A program made the translations under genes and the position numbers. The notes under the pieces were generated by a model. The model was given only the letters and a program-made list of their open reading frames with translations. It was not told where the DNA came from and made no database searches. Shown here one piece after another: positions 25,014 through 34,029 of a DNA stretch of 46,571 nt (its first letter is position 1; every line of letters starts with the position of its first letter). Location: the NCBI GenBank assembly GCA_013044185.1, contig JABEUX010000022.1, positions 1 through 46,571 of the forward strand, given 5' to 3'. Source of the stretch: Vulcanimicrobiota bacterium (GTDB lineage Bacteria; Vulcanimicrobiota; Vulcanimicrobiia; Vulcanimicrobiales; Vulcanimicrobiaceae).

Positions 25014-25928
25014 ATGGGCTCCTATGCTCGGAGCATGAGTCGCCTATCTCACCTTCGCACCCCGATCGCCGCGGTTCTCGCGGCCGCCCTCTTAGGGGTG
25101 AGCCCCTACAACTTCACCGTCTCGAACGTCGATGTCGTGCCCGATCTCCATGGGAACCCGGCGAACGCCCAGTTGGTCGTCTTCGCTGCCGGGAACCAGT
25201 ACATGGCGATGCACGCGCTCGTCGCGGCTTTTCAACGCGAGCATCCCGATGTGAAGCGCGTGTTCTACGAAACGCTGCCGCCGGGAATTCTCGCCAAGCA
25301 GATCGAGGCGGGTGCGTTGCAGGTCGGAAATCTCGTGATCGATCCGAAACCCGATGTCTTTCTCTCCGGCAAGAAGCGCATGACGATCGAGCGCACGCGC
25401 GGTATCGTCGGCCCCGCGCATACCTATGCAACCAACACGCTGGCGATTCTCGTGCGCAAGGGAAATCCGAAACACGTGTACGGCCTGCGCGATCTCGGGC
25501 GCGCCGACGTGCGCGTCGCGATGCCCAACCCCGCGTGGGAGGGCGTTTCGGGGCAGATTCAGGCGGCCTATCGCAAGGCAGGCGGCGCCGCATTAGTCTC
25601 CACGATCATGGTGACCAAGCGCAAAGCCGGAACGACGTTCCTCACCAAGATCCACCATCGGCAGAGCCCGCGGTGGATTCTCTCGGGGCGCGCCGATGCC
25701 GGTGTCGTTTGGATCTCCGAGGCGCTCTATCAGGCGAAATTAACCGGGCGCCTTGCCGTCGTCAAGATTCCCGCTTCGGAGAACGCAACCGCGATCTACC
25801 AAGCGGCGGTAATAACGAAGGCGCCGCATCCGGCGGCGGCTAATGCGTTCGTTGCCTTTCTTACCGGCGCGCGGGCGCGTGCCATTTATGCTTCCTATGG
25901 CTTCACAACTGGAGGAACCCATTCATGA
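25014..25928 (+). CDS. Periplasmic solute-binding protein, ModA/oxyanion-binding (type 2 PBP) like
   Basis: Signal peptide ...LRTPIAAVLAAALLG. Also VVFAAGNQYMAM..LV.AF, NTLAILVRKGNP, ADAGVVWISEAL, and a C-terminal FVAFLTG..AR.IYASYGF, typical of molybdate/sulfate-type binding proteins. No permease or ATPase gene is adjacent. An alternative start exists at 25035. Confidence 0.6.
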   Translation: MGSYARSMSRLSHLRTPIAAVLAAALLGVSPYNFTVSNVDVVPDLHGNPANAQLVVFAAGNQYMAMHALVAAFQREHPDVKRVFYETLPPGILAKQIEAGALQVGNLVIDPKPDVFLSGKKRMTIERTRGIVGPAHTYATNTLAILVRKGNPKHVYGLRDLGRADVRVAMPNPAWEGVSGQIQAAYRKAGGAALVSTIMVTKRKAGTTFLTKIHHRQSPRWILSGRADAGVVWISEALYQAKLTGRLAVVKIPASENATAIYQAAVITKAPHPAAANAFVAFLTGARARAIYASYGFTTGGTHS

Positions 25929-26635
25929 AACGCACGGCCTTTCTCGCAACCTCGGCATCGCTGGTCGCCCTCGCTCCTAAGATCGCCGAAGCCGCCGCCG
26001 CCGTTCCCGGCGGCACTGCGTTAGTGGAGCGGAGAGCGAATTTCGATGCGGCGCACTTCGACAAAGTGCTCGGCCGCCCGGCCGAGATTCGCCAGATGTG
26101 GGAGATTCTCAATCCCAATCCCGTGGTGTGGAACAACATCAAAAATGCACTCAACGGCTTGCATTTCGGGTATGGCTATCCGGCCGATAAAATTGCGATG
26201 GCGTTTGCAGCGCACGGCCCGGCATCGAGTTATAACTTCAGCGATTACGTGTGGGCGAAATATCGCATCGGCGAATTCTTCAACATCAAAGGCCCCGACG
26301 GAGCTTTTGCGACGAAGAATTATCATTATCCCTCGCACACCCCGTTCAATCTCTCGGCGGATCCCGACAACGAGAAATCGACCTATCAGGATCGTTCGAT
26401 TCAGACGTTGCAGCGGCGCGGTTTAGTGATGTTAACGTGTCACACTGCAGTGGAAGAGCAATCGCGCGCGATCGTCAAGCGCGGTTTCGCACCTGCGGGA
26501 ATGAACGGCTCGCAAGTCGCGGCCGATATTCTCACGCACCTCATTCCCGGAACGATCGTCGTGCCCTCGATGGTCGCGACGGTCGCGGTGCTGCAGAAGC
26601 GTTTCGGCTACGCCTACACGGCGCTGGCGTTTTAG
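25925..26635 (+). CDS. Secreted protein of unknown function
   Basis: N-terminal export signal MKRTAFLATSASLVALAPKIAEAAAA (Tat-like shape but KR, not RR). I recognise no motif. ATGA overlap with the upstream binding-protein gene. Confidence 0.55.
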   Translation: MKRTAFLATSASLVALAPKIAEAAAAVPGGTALVERRANFDAAHFDKVLGRPAEIRQMWEILNPNPVVWNNIKNALNGLHFGYGYPADKIAMAFAAHGPASSYNFSDYVWAKYRIGEFFNIKGPDGAFATKNYHYPSHTPFNLSADPDNEKSTYQDRSIQTLQRRGLVMLTCHTAVEEQSRAIVKRGFAPAGMNGSQVAADILTHLIPGTIVVPSMVATVAVLQKRFGYAYTALAF

Positions 26636-26645
26636 GGCGCGACGA

Positions 26646-27473
26646 GTGCGAGTACTCTATACGGTAGCGAGTGCGCTCGTCGCACTCGCGTTCGTCGGTT
26701 GTGCCGGCGGAGCCGGCGGTACGAACGGCAGCGGAAACGCCGGCCGGCCGCTCGCCGGCAGCGCGCTCTACAATCCCGCGCATCTTCCGGCGGGGAAGAT
26801 GGGCGCGCTCGTGCGCGAGGGTTACGATATCATCACGCAGACGCATAAATTCGCGAAGCCCTACGTCGTTTCGCAAATGGAGTGCTCGTCGTGCCACATC
26901 GCCGGGGGTACGGTGCCGCGCGGCGGATACTTGCGGATCGCCGGGCATTTTCCGCAGTGGAACGGTCGCTCGCATCGTGCGATTGCGTTGCAAGATCGCA
27001 TTGCGGAGTGTTTCCTCTATAGCATGAACGGGCGGCCCCCGGCGTACGACAGTCGAACGATGATTGCCGTCGTCGCGTATATCAACTGGATCTCACGTGG
27101 GCAGAAAACCTTCTCACCCATCGATCCGGCGGTGCGCATCGCACGCATCAAACCGCCGGCTCCGCCGAGCGTATCGCGCGGTGCGACAATCTATGCCGCG
27201 CAATGCTCCATGTGTCATCAAGCAACCGGTGCCGGAATTCCGGGGCAGTTTCCGGCGCTCTGGGGTGCGACGTCGTTCAACAAAGGCGCCGGTATGGCGA
27301 AAGTTGCGATGATGGCGGGCTTCGTGCGTTACAACATGCCGCTCGGGAAAGCCGGCACGTTGAGCGACCAGGAAGCCTACGACGTCGCAGCGTTCGTGGA
27401 AAGCCACACGCGCCCCGCGTTCGATAAAAAGGCCGCGATTGCGTTTCCGCCCGAACCGGCGAGCTTTTTCTAG
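26646..27473 (+). CDS. tsdA: Dihaem c-type cytochrome lipoprotein, TsdA (thiosulfate dehydrogenase)-like
   Basis: Lipobox ALAFVGC. Two CxxCH motifs (CSSCHIAGG, CSMCHQATG). RIAECFLYSMNG matches my recollection of the TsdA segment that supplies the Cys axial ligand of haem 1. The C-terminal FPALWG..SFN.GAGM......GFV.YNMPLG...LSDQEAYDVAAFV is also TsdA-like. Confidence 0.6.
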   Translation: MRVLYTVASALVALAFVGCAGGAGGTNGSGNAGRPLAGSALYNPAHLPAGKMGALVREGYDIITQTHKFAKPYVVSQMECSSCHIAGGTVPRGGYLRIAGHFPQWNGRSHRAIALQDRIAECFLYSMNGRPPAYDSRTMIAVVAYINWISRGQKTFSPIDPAVRIARIKPPAPPSVSRGATIYAAQCSMCHQATGAGIPGQFPALWGATSFNKGAGMAKVAMMAGFVRYNMPLGKAGTLSDQEAYDVAAFVESHTRPAFDKKAAIAFPPEPASFF

Positions 27474-27479
27474 CGCGAC

Positions 27480-28457
27480 GTGAAGATACTTCCCGGACTC
27501 CTTTTGGCGATCGCAATTGCGGCCGTCGCAACCCTCGTCGGGCATCTCTTGCCCGTCGTCGGCTCGCCGGTGGTCGCCATCGCGCTCGGCCTGCTGATAA
27601 CGGCGGTGCGCGCACCCGGCGCGCGGCTGCACCCGGGAATTCTCTTTAGCACCAAACAGGTGCTGGCCTGGTCGATCGTTCTTCTCGGTACCCAATTGCG
27701 CTTTACCGATATCGTTGCCGGAGGCCTAAAATCGCTTCCGGTGATGTTGAGCACGCTCGTCGTGGTGCTGGCTCTGGCGTATATTTTCGGCAAACTGCTC
27801 GGCATCGATCGTGATTTGCGCCGCCTTCTCGGCATTGGTACGGCGATCTGCGGCGGTTCGGCGATCGCGGCATTAGCGAGCGCGACCGAATCGGATCGCG
27901 CCGACGTCGCCTATGCGCTTTCGACGATTTTCTTCTTTAACGTCGCTGCCGTCTTGACGTTTCCGACGATCGGCCACCTCATGCATCTCTCGCAGCACGC
28001 GTTTGGATTGTGGGCCGGAACGGCGATCAACGATACGTCGTCGGTCGTTGCTGCAGCGTTTGTGTATGGCCATGCAGCGGGGGAGCATGCGGTGATCGTC
28101 AAGCTCACGCGAACGACGCTCATCATTCCGTTGGTTGCGTTTTACGCCGGCAAACGCGCGTTTGCGATGCGCGGCGGGGAGGCCGTGCCGTGGCGGTCGA
28201 TCATTCCCTGGTTCGTGCTCTGGTTCGTCGTCGCGGCGGGAATCAATAGCTTCGGCTACATTCCCGCGGCCTGGCACGCTCCGCTCGACCAGCTCGCGCT
28301 CTTCGCGATTACGGTCGCGCTTGCGGCGGTCGGCCTGAGCGCCGATTATGCGCGCATTCGCTCGGCGGGGATACGCCCGCTCCTGCTCGGGGCGATTCTC
28401 TGGGTGGGGATATCGCTCACCAGCCTCGGCGTCGCCCACGCGATGCACCTCAACTAA
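27480..28457 (+). CDS. YeiH/UPF0324-family membrane protein (putative sulfate exporter family)
   Basis: About 10 TM helices, with the characteristic LGIGTAICGGSAIAA motif and an N-terminal LLAIAIAAVATLVGHLLPVVGSPVVAIALG. GTG start. Confidence 0.75.
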   Translation: MKILPGLLLAIAIAAVATLVGHLLPVVGSPVVAIALGLLITAVRAPGARLHPGILFSTKQVLAWSIVLLGTQLRFTDIVAGGLKSLPVMLSTLVVVLALAYIFGKLLGIDRDLRRLLGIGTAICGGSAIAALASATESDRADVAYALSTIFFFNVAAVLTFPTIGHLMHLSQHAFGLWAGTAINDTSSVVAAAFVYGHAAGEHAVIVKLTRTTLIIPLVAFYAGKRAFAMRGGEAVPWRSIIPWFVLWFVVAAGINSFGYIPAAWHAPLDQLALFAITVALAAVGLSADYARIRSAGIRPLLLGAILWVGISLTSLGVAHAMHLN

Positions 28458-28469
28458 GTGTCATCCCAT

Positions 28470-30290
<1,821 letters not shown>

Positions 30291-30658
30291 CGCCCTATAG
30301 TATCGCATCGAACCAAACCCGAGCGTGCCGTGACTATCGAAAGCGCACGCGGGCGGCAGGAGTTCGGAGCATCGAGCGCTGCACGTGGCCGAGCCGCCCG
30401 TGCGTTGGCAAAGCGCAAGTCTGACGTCACGCGCTACACGGTGCCGATGCTGCCTGGGTCGCGCTGCCGCGTTTTTAGCCGCAAACGGGGGTTTGACGAT
30501 ATTTCAAAGCAACCCGGATCTCGCTTGCGTCGGGACGGCGATCTATGGGGTGCGTTTCTGCGTTTCAAAGAGAGGTTGGGCCGAAGTCCGACCCGACCTC
30601 TCGCTGGAGGCAACGCTTAGGCATCCGGTCACTCCAATTTGTAGAGGCGCCTCTTGCC

Positions 30659-31141
30659 CTACGTGGGCGGAGGAACCTCTATGCTGTGCGGCGTGCAGGC
30701 ATTAATCGTGAGTCCTTGCGCGAGAAACGCTCGAATATTCCTGAGGGAGTATATCCTGTTGAACGCAGCCGATGTTGAGTTGAGCGCAATTCGAAAGTTT
30801 TGAATCGTGGTATGCATTAACAATTTTGACGTAGCGGCTACTCGATATAGGCGGTCTCTATCAGCCCGAGGTACAAACATCGAAGGTTCGCTCTGAATGT
30901 ACTCGTTTCTATTTGCCAGTTGGATAATATATGCAACTATTTTGTGGCCGCCGACTCGCGTCACTCGTTGCACTGCAATCACTACGTTGAGATTTTTTTT
31001 CATTTCCAGACGGTTTTTTAGTGGATACCCGGTTCCGTATGGCGTCACTTCATCGCGACAAACCTGAATTGGCATGAACCCCGAGCCGTAATATGCGGGT
31101 GGACGCACCAATGCTTGCGCCAACAATATTGCATGTATCAT
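30659..31141 (-). CDS. Hypothetical protein (ORFan), downstream partner of the islet lipoprotein
   Basis: A 160-aa ORF that starts 5 nt after the stop of the upstream lipoprotein gene. It lies in AT-richer sequence. No motif recognised. Confidence 0.45.
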   Translation of the reverse strand: MIHAILLAQALVRPPAYYGSGFMPIQVCRDEVTPYGTGYPLKNRLEMKKNLNVVIAVQRVTRVGGHKIVAYIIQLANRNEYIQSEPSMFVPRADRDRLYRVAATSKLLMHTTIQNFRIALNSTSAAFNRIYSLRNIRAFLAQGLTINACTPHSIEVPPPT

Positions 31142-31146
31142 ATCTT

Positions 31147-32037
31147 TCAGCCCTCAGGGTTCGTCGCACATGGCAATTCATGCGCGCTGTCTTGTGAAAG
31201 TGCGTTATATGGCGGAGGGAGGTCTTTCGTTGTCTTATGAACGTCGTTTAGGGCCGATTGAAGGGTCGCAAACCAGGAACCATTCATGTGATATAACGGG
31301 CCCTGGGTTGTACCGACTGAAAGCGGACCAATAGCGACGGAAATGGTATAATTGAACTGAATATATTCCTGCCCCCCATAGGTTTGATATTCGTAGGCGA
31401 ACTCAAAGTTTCCGGAAGGCTGATCAAACCAAAACGAAAGCACGTTGCTTATTTGGCTATTGTGTTGGTTGGTGCCGTCCGAGGATGTACCGCGGGAATA
31501 CGCGCCTGGACAGCTAGCATCGAATGCAACGCACCCCGACCCGCTGGCGTAGCACGGCTGACCGCACTCGACGTTGGAGCTGCAGCCGCCCGTGCCGCCG
31601 CCACCGCCATTCTGTGGTGGGCCGGGGTTGTAACCGCCGCCGGTCCCGCCGCTACCGTCGGGGTAGCACTGCACGGTTTGGGGCCCGCCGTTATTTGATA
31701 CGACTAGACCCCGTCCACCAGGCGAGTAGCCGATGGGACAGGGGTTGTTCGAGGGCCCTGAGACAACGTCAGCATGCGCTCGTCCGACCGCGCCGGTTGG
31801 GCTTTGGTCCGCAGCGGGGTTCAGCCCGACGAGCAGGCTGCTTCCATTGGGTGTGTGGAGGGTTGCATGCATGCCTGCGCTGCTTGCGGCGGGGCCTGCA
31901 GCGCGGTTCGGAGCCTGCGAAAGGCTTTGTGTTTGAGGATTCGCCGGCAGCATCCCGGTAGTTCCGGAGCTGCATGCGGCAAGGAGCGAGGCCAGCGCAA
32001 TCAATGCAATCGGCATCGCGAGAGGAGCACGTTTCAC
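31147..32037 (-). CDS. Cys- and Gly-rich predicted lipoprotein (ORFan)
   Basis: GTG at 32037 gives (M)KRAPLAMPIALIALASLLAAC|SSG, a lipobox. This is followed by a Gly/Pro/Asn-rich region (GSGGTGGGYNPGPPQNGGGGGTGG), a cluster of Cys residues (CSSNVECGQPCYASGSGCVAFDASCPG), and an aromatic beta-rich C-terminal domain. The track's 32202 start adds an implausible leader. Confidence 0.55.
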   Translation of the reverse strand: MKRAPLAMPIALIALASLLAACSSGTTGMLPANPQTQSLSQAPNRAAGPAASSAGMHATLHTPNGSSLLVGLNPAADQSPTGAVGRAHADVVSGPSNNPCPIGYSPGGRGLVVSNNGGPQTVQCYPDGSGGTGGGYNPGPPQNGGGGGTGGCSSNVECGQPCYASGSGCVAFDASCPGAYSRGTSSDGTNQHNSQISNVLSFWFDQPSGNFEFAYEYQTYGGQEYIQFNYTISVAIGPLSVGTTQGPLYHMNGSWFATLQSALNDVHKTTKDLPPPYNALSQDSAHELPCATNPEG

Positions 32038-32359
32038 GAAGATGAGCCTTTCTTGAAAGGAGCGAAGAGGCACGCTCTCCGCTAGTAAGCAGCGACCGAT
32101 GCGGGTTCCCACGATGGGATTGCGCATGGATCGTGTACCCCCAGACGCGGGGCAGCATTGGCGTCGGTGTAACTGCGCACCTTCTAGCGCGTGCGCCCAC
32201 AAACGCCGATTTGAGGCGATTAAAAAGCAGGCATGGTTGTCGCGGACCGGCGCATTGACTCATCGGAAATGCTACCCATGAATGCTCGTTGCCTCACGCA
32301 AAATGTTGCCCGCCGGGCTCCTCCGGCGGGAACGGAAAGTCGGATTGAGGCGGATCAAC

Positions 32360-33189
32360 ATGGAAACACGGAAGGAATTGGTCACGGCGGTGGGCACCCG
32401 ATACAAGGCAGCATCGAGGAGGGAGAAGGCAAGGATTCTCGACGAGTTCGTGGCGGTGACCGGTTACCATCGGAAGCACGCTATCCGCCTTTTGCGTTCT
32501 GACGCCCCGCTAGTGCGATCGAGGGCAGTGCGCAACCGCCTGTACGATGAGGCCGTGCAGCAGGCGCTCTCAGTCGCTGATCGTCGGGGCTCTGAACGTC
32601 GCCGCGTTCAACATTCCTTTCGCCATGCTCGGTATAGATACCGATAATGACAGCTCATTTATCAACCAGACGATCATCGACTTTTGCGACGAGCACGGCA
32701 TCGCTCAGAAGCGATCCCGGCCCTACCGGAAAAACGATCAAGCCTGGGTTGAGAAAAAAATGGTTCGGTGGTTCGCAATCTCGTCGGATACGAGCGCCTT
32801 GCCGGCCTCGATGCAACACGTGTTTTGGCGAAGCTCTATGCATTTTCCAGATTGTACATTAACTACTTTCAGCCGCCTTTCAAACTGCAATCAAAGAAGC
32901 GTGACGGCGGACACGTCGCGAAAAGGTACTATCCTCCGGCCACGCCGTGCGCGCGCCTCATGGATTCTCTTCACGTAAGCGATGCCATCAAAACTACACT
33001 CAAAAAAGACTGCGATACGTTCGATCCGGTGGCGCTTCTACGTGATATTCGCGCAGCTCAACAGGAACTCCAGGAGAGGGTCGCTCGCACGACAGTGGAG
33101 ACCAACCCCGTGGTTACTCCCGTTGACATCCAAACGTTTCTGTCGACTTTTCCTACGGCTTGGAAGAGCGGCGAGGTGCGTCCAACGCA
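32360..33189 (+). pseudogene. Decayed DDE (rve/integrase-core type) transposase: internal deletion, 1-nt frameshift, 3' truncation
   Basis: There are three ORF fragments:
- N-terminal HTH part METRKELVTAVGTRYKAASRREKARILDEFVAVTGYHRKHAIRLL (frame 2).
- Core IPFAMLGIDTDNDSSFIN...SRPYRKNDQAWVEKK (frame 0).
- Remainder (N)GSVVRNLVGYERLAG...YINYFQPPFKLQSKKRDGGHV...GEVRPTHR (frame 2).

The region that should carry the first catalytic Asp is missing between about 32570 and 32600. An A7 run at 32754-32760 breaks the frame. The ORF is cut at the repeat boundary at 33189/33190. Confidence 0.75.
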
Positions 33190-33282
33190 CCGTTCGCCGT
33201 CGCGCAGCACGCCGCCGAGCCCCGCGAAAATCTCGCGCGCCCCGTAGCGGCATTCGAGATCCTCGAAGCGCAGCAGTTCCAT
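33190..33282 (-). pseudogene. Orphan 5' fragment (31 codons) of the ABC-F ATPase gene
   Basis: Minus-strand translation from 33282 gives MELLRFEDLECRYGAREIFAGLGGVLRDGER, identical to the N-terminus of the intact gene at 30290. It then continues into unrelated sequence before reaching the Walker A. Confidence 0.85.
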
Positions 33283-33315
33283 CGCCGTATAGTATCGCAT
33301 CGAACCAAACCCAAG
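33190..33315. repeat. Direct repeat, right copy: orphan ABC-F 5' stub
   Basis: See the left copy at 30198-30323. Confidence 0.95.
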
Positions 33316-33342
33316 TGGTTGCAAAGCTCCCGATATAGGGTG

Positions 33343-33738
33343 CTACGAATCAGTCTCGTACTTGCTGCGAAGCAGCGCTGACGCCGGGCACGGAAGCACG
33401 CGCAGGGACGGAGGAAGGGCGGTGAGCGCTTTTATCTGTAGCACGTGGAGGCCGAGGGCTCGACGTAAGGCCGGATTCGAATTGGGAAGCGACTGCATGA
33501 TGCTCTTCCCATCCTTCATCCGGTAAACGAATCCGAACATTTGCCCTTTTTCATCGACGATTCGGTCGATTCGTACGATATAACTCGACGGCGGATGTAG
33601 TCCGGTTCCCTCGGGCAACATATCTCCGTATGCCTCCGGTGACTGCCCGCAACGCAGGCCGTTCGGGAACGGCGTTGCCGTGGGCTGGGGCGCGGACGCG
33701 CTTGAGAGCGCAAGCGTAAATGCGAAAACGCTGAACAA
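33343..33738 (-). CDS. Small secreted protein of unknown function (putative)
   Basis: This is the 3' end of the 832-aa antisense track ORF. A TTG at 33738 is preceded by GAAGGGAG about 7 nt upstream, giving (M)FSVFAFTLALSSASA|PQP..., which looks like a signal peptide. It ends about 40-60 nt upstream of the two candidate start codons of the orphan ABC-F stub (33282 and 33300). Confidence 0.4.
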   Translation of the reverse strand: MFSVFAFTLALSSASAPQPTATPFPNGLRCGQSPEAYGDMLPEGTGLHPPSSYIVRIDRIVDEKGQMFGFVYRMKDGKSIMQSLPNSNPALRRALGLHVLQIKALTALPPSLRVLPCPASALLRSKYETDS

Positions 33739-34029
33739 AGAATCGCTCCCTTCAAAATGCCGTTCACGGCGGTTCGAGAATCGGAGGCGTCGGGTTGCTT
33801 GCCGCCGACGTTGCGTCACCCGGCCCGCTGGTTTCCGAGCGACCGCCCGCGGAGCCCGGCACCTCCCGGATGCGACCCCGAGCTCCCGCCCCCGGGAACC
33901 GCTAGCCCCGTGGCTTGGGTCGTAGGCTTCGGCGTGGCTCCGGGTTAGAATCGAGGGGTTCGCGCGACGCGGGCCCGTATAACTACGGTTCATCGCTTCA
34001 ATACGCAGGAAAGACGGAGAATCGACAAC

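Larger units (their letters stand above)
30324..33189. mobile_element. AT-richer accessory islet between the two repeat copies: two ORFans plus a decayed transposase. Probably an integrated or rearranged foreign segment.
   Basis: Bounded by the 126-nt direct repeats. Base composition is visibly lower in G+C than the flanks over much of 30650-31450 and 32640-33100. The only recognisable gene is a degraded DDE transposase. Confidence 0.5.

Noticed and set aside
30571-30601. A 10-bp-stem hairpin (AGAGGTTGGG...CCCGACCTCT) and the nearby 12-nt palindrome AGAGGCGCCTCT (30643-30654), both downstream of the islet's 160-aa ORF. Considered as intrinsic terminators.
   Set aside because: Neither is followed by a U-tract on the minus strand, and the palindrome has no loop. 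They may still be structural or recombination-related, but I cannot support a terminator call.
32751-32770. The A7 run in the transposase, considered as a programmed -1 ribosomal frameshift site of the IS3 type.
   Set aside because: The base preceding the run is G, so it is not a clean X XXY YYZ heptamer. As I recall, members of this transposase family are single ORFs. The gene also carries an internal deletion and a 3' truncation, so simple decay (loss of one A) is the more economical reading. It still deserves a check.
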